Shown one piece after another: positions 10,678-23,422 of a stretch of 64,000 nucleotides of DNA. The notes beneath the pieces were generated by a model, which saw only the letters and a list, made by a program, of their open reading frames with translations, searched no databases and was not told the origin of the DNA. This DNA comes from Nageia nagi (Eukaryota > Plantae > Pinophyta): contig JBITNC010000001.1 in the NCBI GenBank assembly GCA_050084985.1, positions 2,232,001-2,296,000 of the forward strand, read 5' to 3'. Both the position numbers and the translations under genes were made by a program. Each line of letters starts with the position of its first letter. The first letter of the stretch is position 1.

Positions 10678-13600
10678 CTAACTGATGTACCAAATTTTCA
10701 AAATTTTCGAAAGTGACAAGATATATAATGGCTGATTTGCGGTTTGCACATGTGATGCGATGGTGGCCTCGAAGTCCATGCCCATGAAAATGTTTTTGTT
10801 CTTGACTCCGGTGTTGAGGATCTCCATTATCCCTTCATTTGCCAACAGATATGCGATGATGGTCTTTGAAGTCTTCTTCATTTCTTTGCACCACATTGCC
10901 ATATTGCTACCATATTTGAGCTGTTTACCAGATTTGAGGACATTAATATCTTCAGTTTCGAGGTAAGTGTTGATAATCAGCTGGACCTCATTTATTACTG
11001 TGGAATAGTCCCTGCTGCGTCCATCTTCCTCGATCAGCCTTAGATCAAATTGGTATTCTGCTAGCTATTTCTTCATGTTTGCTTTGAAATTTGTCTGAAC
11101 TTGGATGAAATCCTGACACTTTGAAACAACGTAGAACAACCAATCATACTGGTAAAAGAATTGATGACAGTACTCCAGTATTATTGGCGTGCCGACAGCT
11201 TTTCTTCTTAGCTTATGCATCACCTGATAACTATTGCCCCACCTGGCAAGAACTTCACGGATCTTGTCTTGAGCGACAAACGATCCATTGTCTTTAATAA
11301 AGAAATTAGTTATTCCTAGGAATAACTCTTGGATAGCCTCTTTGGTCTCGTTAATCCACTCTTGTTTGACCGCTTGAATCCCAGTATTCAACGAGATCTG
11401 CTTCCTGATGTCTTCAATTGTTAGGTTAGCAGCTTGGATATCAACGGTCAACTTCCTCTTTTGAGCCAATTCTCTTTTCAGCTCCCTGAGCTCCACCTTC
11501 TGTGATGTGTTCTTCTCTGTCAGCGTTGCAACATTAGAAACTATAGCATGTTGCCTGCCCAGTGTTCCGATTGCTTTACATCGCTCTTCTCGTGTTTCCA
11601 CCACTAATGCAAATTCTCCATCAACATTCCTTTCCCTTCCTACAGCAACAGTATCTGTGATGATGGAATCATCCTTCATCGAGATGTAAGTGGCTACATG
11701 CTCAAGTTCATTCTCTGATTCTTGATCGATTTGAAGATCGGCATGGGCTTCAGATGGATGATATGCTCTTATGTTTTTTAAGAGCGTTGCCATGTCGAAA
11801 TTGTAACTTTGCCCAGGATTGGCAACTATAGTCACTTGTCTCTCTGGATTCCCTTGATGTTCTTCCTCTCTCCTTTTCTTCCTCTGATCTTCATCTTCAT
11901 TGTCGTCCTCTTCATTTCCTCCATCCCCTCCTGATGAGGAAGCTTTTCCCTTGGATGCCGAGGTCCTTCTTGAAGCAAGTGTTGGAGGTTTTCTCTAAGA
12001 TGGAGGTGTCTTCTTTGGTTGTCAATGTATGGAAGCCCGTGTAGACGTAGGTCTTGTTGCTTGAACGGTTTCTTCCATGGTAGGAGGACTTATGGCTGGT
12101 ATCTCTTCGACTGATGAATCTGTTTCATTGCCTGAGATGTAAGGTATTTCAGATATCTGGCCATCTTTTAAGGGTTCTCTCAAGAGGTCTCCTTCCTCAA
12201 TCTCATATTCATGCTTGTTGTCACTGAAGGGAGAAGCAGGAGAACTAGGGCGAGAATAATATAATTGTCCATCTCGGGATGGACCTTTGGGATGGACTTC
12301 CACAAACTTTTTCAAGCGTTTGTATGCGTGCAAAGTGCTTCTAGTCTCTTTGTCACTTCTTATTGTTGCGATAATCCCTGTATGGTTTGATCAATAGTTT
12401 GCATTGGTTGAACAATGAGTGTGGCATATTGATTAGATTGCCCCCATGTCAATGTCATTGAAGGTGAAATTGGTGGTGGTTCACACGGAATCGAGGGATT
12501 CTTTTTAAGGATTATCGAAGGATGTATCTTGGCTACCTGATTTGCTCGATGTCATCTATATTTCTGTACCTTTCGAGCTTTTCTAGGGACTTGTGAGGGT
12601 AATCGGTTTGCTAGGTTTTCTTGTAGAATGCATCGATTATAGCTTCAAGATCATAGTACTCTACCGCATGTTCTACTGTAAAGCCGTAATATGCTAGCTC
12701 CATCTTCATCGTCTTGACTTGACTCCATGATGTGCATTCGTACTCCCCTATGCGGATAGGTAATTTGCATGTGGTGGCACCTTTCTTGCACCAAATTTTC
12801 TCGTGTAAGTACGATAAGTGTGTGCAAAATTCCATCAGGATGAATCGATCACTTGCATAACAAGGAAGTTTGTAAGGTGGCTCAATTGACCCGTAAACCC
12901 TAATATATGTGGCATCTATTTCTTCGAGATAAAAATCTGCATGTCCTCGAAGAACTTGGATTGCTGCTTGTGATATCTTGGTCATATTGACGGTCCCCTT
13001 TACCTTTGCATATATATGACACTCCAATCCTTCATTCATCATTTTGAATTCGTCCCACCAGTTTTCCAACATGAATCTAGGGTAACTTCGCCATACTGGC
13101 ATTTCTGGGTCAAAGAGGTACTTGGTATCTACTATGGCGGATTTTCTGTTCTTGCCATGTAGAAGCAGGAATACCAAGTAAGAGCTCATGTAGAATCTCT
13201 TTGTTTCTACGATTCTGGACAACTATTGAGCTAAGCAGTCACTGATCACCTTACTCCATCTAATCCCTTTGCCTCTGTTGATCTGATGTATGAAGCCCAC
13301 GAGCTTCTTTTTGAATCTTTTATCATTTTCTCGTCCTGTGATCCTGCACAGCATAGTGATAATGGTCGAGACTGTAGGATAGAAGTCTATTCTGTTGGGT
13401 TGACTCAAGGCCTTTGCCTTGTAATCTTTGCACTCTTCAACTAGCCAGTCTCTTATCAAATTCCCCGGCCTGGTCAATTTGTTATAGAATCTGACGGACT
13501 TTTTCATGGAGAATATGATGCCTTCGTTATTCCATGCAAATGGGCTTTCTATTCATTCCAATGTGCAAACTAGTATCTTTGTGCCTTCATTGTCGAGGAG

Positions 13601-13921
13601 GACTCTCTCCTTTGTGTCGCAATATCTTGCTACCTCGAGTCACAGTTTTGGGAATGGAGCGGTAAAAGGGATCAAAGAAGCTTCAATGATCATGCATTGA
13701 GCAAGTGTATCATTGAACAATCGTTCGTGTGGGATCTTGGCCATCTTCTCTAATATTTTGATGGGGTTAGTATTTGCCCAATTTGTGTCCCTAATTTGAC
13801 CAAGCCCATCTACTAGCGCAGCTATAGGGAAGAGAGCCTTCCCTTGTTTTTCCAGGGTGATCAGGCTAGTCTTCACGAGCTTTTCCATTTGGAGCTCTTT
13901 GTTTTTCTTATCAATGCTCAT
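10678..13921 (-). pseudogene. Large ORF copy E (~1,080 codons, several stops/frameshifts), divergent subfamily
   Basis: Consecutive minus ORFs 13640-13921, 13223-13507, 12611-13222, 12022-12333, 11065-11835 and 10678-10902. Shared motifs IPFTAPFP, IRWSKVISDCL, KRFYMSSYLVFLLLH, HADFYL, YIRVYGS, ASDRFILMEF. Confidence 0.88.
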
Positions 13922-14653
13922 GAGTCAAACCTGTGGAGTACAACAAGGTGTTAGGATTGGCATTGGGTATCTTTGGAGCAAAAAAGAGATAGTCAAATTT
14001 TTGGCTTATTTTTAGTTTTTTTTAGAAGCTAAGTGTGGATTTTCGAGAATTTTGAAGTTCGTCAAAAGTGGGAAACAAGTACATGGGGTGTTGGCAAATA
14101 AATCTAGGAGGCTTGTGGCTAAGTCTCGTAGAAAAATTTCAAGTTTTCGGGGTTCGAATTAACTCACTATTTTTTTAGCCCATGTATTTGTTTTTTTGAC
14201 AGGTTTTTACAGCTTCGAAGCTCGGAAAGATGGGGATGCAAAGTGGGTTTTCAAGCTTCATTCGGGGAAGTGAATGATGAAGGCTGCTCTTCTATATGGG
14301 ATCTATCACTTTGGTATAAACTTCGAAGTTTGGATCATTCAAAATTTTGGAGTTTTTTGGCCTTGAAAAAGTGTTTTGTGTTTTTTCACTTTTTTTCAAA
14401 AAACTTGAAAATGGCCAAAAGATTTGGGGGTGGTACGAAATTTTGAAAATTTTTAAAAAGTGGATTTGACCTAATGGGTGGATAGAGGATGAAATTCTAA
14501 GATCCTTGGAAAATTTTGACAATGTTTTGGCTTATTTTGGATCTTGTGAGCAATTTTAAAGTTTTTGAGCAATTTTGTGAGGATTTTGCTCAAAAATGGA
14601 TGCACAGAGGCTTAAGGAGAATGTTTGTGGAGCAAATGAGAGGCTTAGGGGGG

Positions 14654-14663
14654 TATTTATAGG
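14654..14663 (-). promoter_or_regulatory. Proximal TATA box (CCTATAAATA) upstream of ORF E
   Basis: tatttatagg on +. Equivalent AAACCTATAAATA at ~35239 upstream of ORF C. Confidence 0.6.
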
Positions 14664-14777
14664 TTTTTTGTGCCTTTTGCATGCTCCTTAGTGGGCTTTT
14701 GACCTAAAAAGTACTCTAGGGGTGCATTTTGCATAGTTTTTAAGTTTTTGGAGTCTTTAAACACTCCATAGGCTTGC

Positions 14778-16075
14778 AAACCTGCACCTAGCTTTTTGAG
14801 GCACTTCCTTGGGTCAAAATGGAAAAATTCAAAGTTTAAATGTGATTCAAATCACTTCCTTCACCCATCTATGTGCCCAAAATCGAATTTTGATGACTTT
14901 TGGGGCTTTCTCCTTGCATCTAGGTGCCAATTTTCACTTTTTTGGGTTCTCCAATGGCTTGGAAACCTGTGCCTAACTTTTTTCAGCATTTCTAGTGCTC
15001 AATTTCGAAAATTTGTAAGTTTAAACAAGCTTGGAATGCCCTTTTCCATGCAACCATGTAAAAAAATTTGAATTTTTGCAAAATTTTCACTCCTGTTCAT
15101 GCTAGACGCTGATTTTCACTTCATTGGTTTTAGAAAAATCAACAAACCTGTGCTTAGGATTTTGGGCCACTTCCCTTGCTCAAATTTGGAAATTGCAAGT
15201 TTAAATGTGCTAAAAATCATGTTTTCCTTGCACTTGACCGTTGAAAATTGGATTTTTGAGGCAATTTTTGAAAAACTCTTGTTCCTAGGTGCTAGATTTC
15301 ACTTCATTGGATTTCCAATGGCATGAAAACCTGTGCCTAGCCTTTAAGTGCCTTTCCATTTCTCAAAATTCAAATTTTGTAGTTCTAAATGTGCTCAAAA
15401 TGGGGTTTTCCATGCAATTGACACCTTGGGATCAAATTTTAGTACATTTTTCGCTTATCCCTTCAAGTTAAGCGCCATTTTTCATCCCGATGGAATTAGA
15501 AACATTGCAAACCTGCGCCTAGCCTTTGGAGGGTCAAAACTTGCCCATTTTCAAAATTTTCAAGACTTAAATGTGCTAGAAATCACATTTTACACCTTGT
15601 AGACCCCTCAAAGTTGAATTTTGACCAAAATTTATCAAATTCTTTGATCCTAGGCGCCATTGTTTACATCATTGGATTTCCATAGCTCTCAAAACTTGCG
15701 TCTAGCCTTTAAGATGGCCAAATGTGCTCAAAATCGAAAATTTTGAGACCTAAATGTGTTTGCAATCATGTTTTCCTTGGTCCCAAGCACTTAAACTTAA
15801 TTTTTGATCAAAAATGATTCTATCTTGTCAATCTCGGTGCCATTTTTCACTTCAATGGTTTTGGAAACATCTAGAAACTTGCGCCTAGCATTTTGGGGGT
15901 CTTTACTTGCTCAAAATCAAAAGTTTTGAGGCCTAATGTGGCTTAGAACCATCTTTCCACTCATTCATGCATTTGGATTTCATTGTTGATGCATTTCCAC
16001 TTTTTATTTACTATCTAGGTGCCAAAATGTATCTCTTGGGATTTCCCATAGGCTTGAAAAACTGCGCCTAACCTT
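14778..16075 (-). repeat. Diverged tandem array with ~183-bp period
   Basis: AAAC(C/T)TG(C/T)GCCTA anchor at ~14781, 14966, 15147, 15330, 15512, 15695, 15878 and 16061. Confidence 0.9.
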
Positions 16076-17371
16076 ACAGTGCCTTAGACTTGGTCAAAAT
16101 AAAAAATTTTGGGTCTTAACTATGGTAGAATTCACCTTGTTTCTCCGAATACAGTCTTAGACTTGAATTCCGATACCAATTGTATTTATCAATAAGAAAC
16201 TTGCACCATTTTTCCCTCATTTGGGTTTTGAATACCTTGGGAAAATGTGCTTGGGGCCAAGGCTATTCAAACTTGCGTTTTCGAACTATTCCAGACTCAA
16301 TCTGTGCACTTTTGGCCACTCTTGGCGTTTTCGAGCTCAAACTCTATCAAAACACCTTTTCTGGCACCTTCGAGCTCAAACTCTACATTTTCAATGATTT
16401 TCGAGCTCAAACGGTGCAAAAAACGACCATTTCCTGGCTAAATGTTGTCATTTTCCATCATTTCCGGGTTCAAAGTATTCAATTCTGCCCATTTTTGGCA
16501 TTTTCGGCCCTTGGTGTGAAAAAAAAACTTTTTCGGCATTTTCAGCATTTTTTACCATTTCTGGCCATTTTGGGCTCAATTTGTCATTTTCAGGTTCAAA
16601 GAATTCAATTCCGCCCATTTTTGGCATTTTCGGGCTCTTCGTGTGAAAAAAAGACCTTTTTCGGCATTTTCTGCATTTTTCAGCATTTTTGGCCATTCTA
16701 GGCTCAATTCGTCATTTTTGGTCATTTATGAGCTTTCCGAACTCAAATCGTGCAAAACGCACCTTTTTTACCATACTAACCATTTCTGGGCCCAAAAGTG
16801 ACCAAAATGCGTTTTTCTACCTTACTTGCCCTTGTCCAGCTTTGCAGGGTCAACTTTGACAAAAATGTCCATTTTTGTCATCCTTGTCATTTTCAAGCCA
16901 CTCGAACTCAAAAGTGACAAAAACGTTCATTTTTACTACCTAGGTACCTTTGCGCTTAAATTTTGCAAAAAACGCACCTTTTGTGATGCTAGGCATCAAT
17001 GAGCTCAATTGCTGAAAAAACGCTCTTTTTTGTCAACTCTGCCAGTCTTGCACTCAAATGCTATGAAAATGCGTCTTTTTACGCTTTGTTGGTTGCTTGG
17101 TGAAAAACTCCTCTCTTGGTCGTTGCTGTGATCCAAAACTGCATCCTGCTTGATGTTGCTTGAAACAGGACCATGAATGGCCCTTGGACACATTGAACTG
17201 ACTTGGTGCCTCTATGGGTATTTGTGTGCATTGCTTCATCACTTGGCCGCTTTGACTCTTTTCTCTAGCTATCATATAGTCACCTACAGGCAATGTCGTC
17301 CATTGCCTTCAAAAAAATAGGGTCCCCAAAATGCTGCATCTTGGGGTGTGTTGTGTGGGCACAACAAGAGG

Positions 17372-18510
17372 CTTCCTCCCCAATCAGCAACTGAGCATCC
17401 AAATTTTGACTTGGATGTCTACCTTAGAACCCTCATCATGACTACGGCTCATGACGAAGACATAGACCAGGATCTTCACTCTGAAGATGAGGAAGAGGAG
17501 CTTTCGGATGGTGAAAAGATTCAAAGGTTTGATACATTTGTTTCCACCTTCCGAAAGGAAATCTCCATCAGCCATTGCTATTCAATGGAGAAACATCCTC
17601 AGAGAGAATGATTGTATCATTGAGACATTTAAGATGCTCATGAAACTAGGATTGATAGCTTGCAAGCATATAGTCACTTAGAATGCTGCAGTCATGGAGT
17701 AGGAGGGCTACGAAGCCAAAAAGGAGGTGAAGATGCTGAAAAGGGAACTCACGGCCAGCATGAAGATCATCAAGGAGTTCCAGAAGATCAGCACCACCCC
17801 TAGATCTAAAGAAGCAGACCTTCTTCCATGAGGGATGGGAATTGATGAAGGAGCAACTGAGGAAAGAAATGATGGAGGCTATTAAGAGATTGTCTTTTCA
17901 AATCTATAAGCTCCTTGCTGTAGGTGTGGAAATCAGGGACCTTAAGACACAAATCTCCACATACCTCAGTACGTTGAATAGCTATCTTCCCAACATCTCC
18001 CATCTATAGCACGTTTACGCTGACAATCTCGAGAAGTTAGTCTACTGCCACGAGTTCATCTACCATCACGATTGGCTGAATCATGCACTCAAGAAGTGCA
18101 ACATAGTCCTGAAGCTTAGAATCCCCTTGAGAAAGGAGGTCGAGGAACAGATGAGCAACTATGCGTATCAACTCAAGTTCCAAGGGGAGGACAACAATGT
18201 AAGGAAGAAGGATGTGGTATTGGCAGAGGCTCAGAACTTGATATAGGAGCATCTAGACATCGATGATGACATCTTTTTTCTGAAGGCACGGCATCCTATC
18301 GTCCACGAAAGATGGATGTTCATTTGGAGACACTAGATGCAAGCTACATCCAAGAAAATAGAGGACTACATTCGACAGAATGGTAGCACCATTGGCACGA
18401 TTTCCAGGGGCATGTAGAAGACTGTGGCCTTCTAGGAGGAGACCATTGAGTCGTACGGTCTCACCAAATGGAACTTCGGCGACACTAGAACAAATCTGGC
18501 CTAGATCTGA
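17372..18510 (+). pseudogene. Large ORF copy A, C-terminal part
   Basis: DLDVYLRTLIMTTAHDEDIDQDL...EGYEAKKEVK...YCHEFIYHHDWLNHAL, matching 42470-43587 and 52010-53145. Confidence 0.9.
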
Positions 18511-21119
18511 TTCGCTTGTAGAATCTCTCTGCGATAATCTTTCTATTGTTTAATGCATGTTTTATGATGGTTGTTGTCATGTCAGACTTTATTTACTTGA
18601 TTTGACTGGTGTAGGGATGAGTTTTTGCTCCTGCCAGATCAAATTTGTCAGACTCATTTATGACTTTGATTGGTGCAGGGATGAGGTTTTTCTTCCGTCG
18701 GTTCAAATGTCAGACTTTTATTGCATATCTAATTTCCTTTTGAGTAGTTTAGAAGTTGATTAAATGCATTTTGGTAGTGGCATTTATATTTTGTCAGTTT
18801 TTAAGCGCCACTTGCATCGTTTCATGTGAACTATTAGATTTTGTATTGGTATGTGTGTTGCGTGTGTGCACACCATATTAGATTTGATGCCCTTAGGGCA
18901 TCACTTCTGGTGGTCTATTTATACTCCATCATGGCCATTTAGAAGGGGATTTTACACATTATGGGATATTTGCATATGTGAGACTCTGCACATAATAGAA
19001 ATATTGCATATTGAGGGTCTTGCATTTTGGGATGCTGGTTACAAGCTTTTACATGTGTAAGAATTTATGAGTTTGTTGCATCTGTTATAATTGAGGTTTT
19101 CTACATTTTTATGAGTGTAACTAGGCTTTCTACATATGTTTGGGTTGTTGCATCGTAAAGCTTTTACATTTTATTGCATAGAGGTTCGCCACATAAGGGG
19201 TTCAATGCATGTTTATCATTGAATATCATTATGAATGTATTTCTTTATGGAATGAGATCATAAAGTTAATTAATATTGTGAAGAGTATCATTTGTGGGAT
19301 CGTGCATGTTTGAATAGTTTTCCTCTTGGAGTTGCATATTGAATATTTATTGAAGTGGTTTAAGCCGTTCTTTGCATGGTTTGCATGTAAGTGGATGTAT
19401 TCTGAAGCTCATAGCTTGTCTTTATATCATTCGGTTAGGTCCTTGTACTCACGGCCTCACCTCATTTATTCCTTCCCACTGAGTCTTCCACCAAGACCCA
19501 ACAACTTCTTGCTTTCGTCTAGTAGTGATTTGAGCACATATTGCTATTTGTTGCCCGATTTGATAGTGAGTACATTTACCTTAATGAATCTGGAGATGAC
19601 TTGTCGAGACACTGTTGTGATGATCCAAATTTAATTTCAACCATATACTAGCAGTTCTGGACCATCAAACCTTGACTTCGGGTCTAGGGCATCAACATAC
19701 AATCAAACAAACCCTCAAGTGCCAACGTTAGCGTTAGGACAATGAATACACATCATAATAATGGAAACATGCCAACTTCTAGCTCATACAATTGATTAGC
19801 AATGAACATCACATCACAATGCCAACGTCTGGTTCATACATGTACAATGAAGCAAAGACAATCCAATGCATGCACAAGTATGGAATACGCAACACAATAA
19901 TGAGATCCAATGCCCTTTGGCTGTATACAATAGATATGAATAGCATTAATACAATACCAAGCCCTAAGGGGCAGTCGTTGGCCTCCAAGGAGCCAACCAG
20001 GTCATAACAACAAGTATCTCCAATACCGGACGAACTACGAAACCATGGGATAGATCTACCCCCTCAGATCTTGAATCCTCTCCACTGAAGTAGCCCTCCT
20101 TGAACTCTGGCTGATCGACTGAATGGTAGAAGTAAACCTTCGAAATGCCACCGGATGGGCAAAGATGCTCCACCAATGCCGTAGATAATCAGGATCCCAA
20201 TGCGTGACTACCCCTCTAGACGCTTCGTCTAGGAATGGTTGCTTAGCATCACTAAGACTTGTGTCCAAAGGACTGTAGTAGAAGTGTAATAATAATCAAT
20301 TGGGTCCACTAATGAAGCTCCAATGGCTATTTATACATTACTTATGTCCAGATCTCACCTAGGAGTCATCCTAGGCCCATCTAATCCAACGTTGGGCATT
20401 TGGGGGGCCCAATCACTTAAAGTGCCAACGTGGGGGTCATGATCACTTAAGTTGCCAACGTGGGGTCCCTAGCACTTAAAGTGCCAACGTGGGGGTCCTG
20501 GAGTCCTCATGAGCCAACATGGGGGTGTGGGGCCCTCCCTAGTGTGGCGCTTGCATGCTGGTCGTTGTCCATCACTCTAATGCATAAACAGACCTTGGGA
20601 TTCCCACAATCCGTGATCTCTAATACAATACATGCCTAATCTATTGCTTAGGAGGGAGATGTCCCACTTGGGGCTCATAGTGGGGTCCACTTGACCCATT
20701 AAGTCTCCTATCCTAAGTTACAACAATGTAAATGCAAATACATCAAATAGATATAGTACAAGATGACCAAACTGGTCCCACTAAGAGTACAAAAGGGATA
20801 TCACAACTGCATCACTGGTGATACCTTCATAAGTTTATCTTTTTTTGTATTCCTTTGCACTTATCCCTGTGTTTGTCCTTGCATTTGTGATCTTTCTTCA
20901 CTTTCATTCACATTTGCAGTCTTCCGCATCGTGGCAAAGAACTCAGCATTGTATTTCCCTTGTATACGGTTAACAACATGCATCTCTGACTACTGTGCCT
21001 TAAATACCATATTCCATGTAAGCGTTTGGGGTAACCAGTCCTTTCAGGTGAAGACAAGTAACGCTGTTTCTTCCAAGTCTTGTGCATGTTTTGGACTAGG
21101 AAAGAAAAATATACCAACA
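18511..21119 (+). mobile_element. 3' non-coding part and terminus of unit A
   Basis: Collinear with 43588-44947. Ends GGAAAGAAAAATATACCAACA. Confidence 0.88.
19616..20805 (-). mobile_element. Solo LTR (1,190 bp), related to the LTRs at 46910 and 49049
   Basis: TGTGAT...ATCACA termini, TSD ACTGT/ACTGC, and an empty site visible at ~44630. Shares ggcctccaaggagccaac and ttgaatcctctccac with the 46910/49049 LTRs. Confidence 0.88.
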
Positions 21120-22227
21120 AGTTCTACATACTAATGAAGTGATTTTTCTCTCTTTTGTGATTGTTTCCTTTTGTGTTGTTATTTGGACCTCTTAGGGTCT
21201 CAATCAGATTCCCATGGTGTCCCCATGTATACGTTTTGTTTTTCATTGTGTGATGCCCAATCAAATTGTGCCACATTACCATCAACAGCCATCTCAAACC
21301 TACCCACTGCAATTCATAATAAGGTCAATCATGCTTGAAACTGGTCTACCCAAGCCATGTGACTGGTTTGGCCACTAGGCCAAAGCTGCACACCGACAGG
21401 GAAAAGAGCATTGTGTGATGATAAGGTCTGGTTGTTGGATTAACAAAGGAAAACGATTGACATCCTCCTTCCCTTGACAGCAAGATCCATACAAACCCTT
21501 TGATATTGGGAAACAACAAACTGTTGTCTGCAAACCACTAAAGACCTTAAATATCTTTCTAAATACCATGTGGAAGGAGGCAAACACCTGTTAGAAATTT
21601 GTTGAATGCTATGCACTACACACTTCCACCTAGAGAAAAAACTGTCTCCAGTCAAAGATCCCCTAAGTTGTGCACCCCAAATGGTAATATGTCACATTGA
21701 TGTTATCGACACCAAAATTTCAAATAAAATGGAATACTTTTACCTGAAACCAATATTGGGATTTTTGCATCAAGAAAGGTAGAACTTGCAAAAGTGCTAA
21801 AATGGGACCCCCCGCCCCTAAAATTTTGTGAGTCTAAACAACCAAATGAGTTAATAAATTTTGCATGGGTATTGAGATATGGAGATTTTGTTGAGAAGAC
21901 AATCTTTTCAGAAAAACTTTGTAATGGAATGTTGGATAAGGCTTAAATTTCTGATGAAGGTAGCTAAACCTATCTTCAAGTCTGTTCACTTATCAGATCT
22001 GCAGAATTTCGCCAAGCTAAAAAACAACTGATCACTATAGTTCAGAAGGGCTAGTGATGGAAATCCTTGACCTCACATACCATGTGAGAGTTAACCTCTA
22101 GATTGTCCAGACAGCTACCAAAATCAATTGAATTTGAATCCAAAAAAGAGTGCAACAAATAACTCCAGACAAAGCACAATATAAAGCTTCAAAAGAGAGC
22201 AATGCAAGGAGAAATCCTGGTGAATAT

Positions 22228-22670
22228 ATATTTATATGACAATGAATGAGATAATCTAAATGGAGAAAATATCTCTAACATGAATGAATTTGACAAGTGA
22301 TCACATCAAACATGCATAAGTTGGAAATGGATTAAGATATTGTGGTGACAGTCACCATTACTTCACTCCAGTTAAACATAATAACACTAAAGTGACACAA
22401 ATTCAGTAATGAGAAACATATTCACCAATATGCTAGTGAATATTAACCTATTTATATGACAATGAATGGGATAACCTAAATGGAGAAAATATCTCTAAAA
22501 TGAACGAAGTTGACAAGTGATCTCATGAAACATGCATGAGTTGGAAATGGATAAAGATATTATGGTGACAGGCACCAAAAATCCACTCCTGCTAAACATA
22601 ATAACACTAGTGATACAAATTTAATAATAAGCAACATATTCACCATTATGCTAGTGAATATTAATCTATT
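22228..22670. repeat. ~220-bp tandem duplication in intronic DNA
   Basis: atttatatgacaatgaatg...atgctagtgaatattaa occurs twice, starting at ~22230 and ~22450. Confidence 0.9.
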
Positions 22671-23422
22671 CTAAAAATAGGCAGGCAAGTGTTACTTCCA
22701 TGAGAACATGACCAGTTAACTGCATACATTTTTGTTCAATAACTAAGAGGAGATGATGGTAATGGAAAGAAATGGCAATGACCTATGATAGCATTAAATT
22801 TAACCTCTGCAATGATAGATAAAGATAGATCATCAAGCAATTAAAGTAAATGATCTACAATTTAAAGCTGCAGAAACTTGAAAAAAAAAAATTTATGGGC
22901 ATGCTTTTTGCTGATTTACTTTGTATATACACAAAGTAGACAAATCTGCATAGAAACTCTCCAAACTACAACTAGCATTAATGACTTAGAAAAGGCCTAT
23001 GGCATTGATCTTCTGAAGTATCTTTAGATTGTAACATTCTGTTTAATATGTATTTTATATTGCACTTTAACTTAGTTTTATTCCTGTTTTCTTGTATATT
23101 ACAGCACCCATCTTAGTGATTTGTCTCCACTTGCTTTTTTTTTGAGTCCCATTGACCTATGGTCATTCATGGACATTAATAAATTTCTTTCATTCTTTTT
23201 AATATCTGACTGAATTATATATCAAGATTTGTTCTAGTGACAAGATATAGTTTCAATTATCTTGTTTTTGTTTGCTTTCCTTTGCAATGTTATTAGGTAA
23301 CGTTTAATTTTTTCATTTTCAGATGTAAATTTTCTCCTTTTTAAGCTTTTGTTATAGAATTGAGTTTTAGTCTCATGAGTGTCTTCTTGTTAAAGAATTT
23401 GAAATGTTTCTGTCCATACCAG

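Larger units (their letters stand above)
9432..17366 (-). mobile_element. Complete 7.9-kb LTR-like unit (copy E) carrying a large ORF; giant solo LTR or stand-alone element
   Basis: TGTTG...CAACA termini with perfect 5-bp TSD AGAGG (9427-9431 and 17367-17371). Removing it rejoins copy A (LLVQR|LPPQSATEHPNFDLD). No gag/pol, PBS, PPT or internal LTR pair seen. Confidence 0.93.

Noticed and set aside
16180-16760. 173-aa Phe-rich ORF
   Set aside because: Arises from low-complexity TTTTGGCATTTT repeats.
9432-17366. Endogenous caulimovirus, Polinton or DNA transposon identity for the large units
   Set aside because: No movement protein, capsid, RT, polB or DDE motifs recognised, and the terminal inverted repeat is only 5 bp.
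18600-18720. Hammerhead ribozyme in the post-ORF hairpins
   Set aside because: The CTGATGA...GAAA catalytic core is absent.
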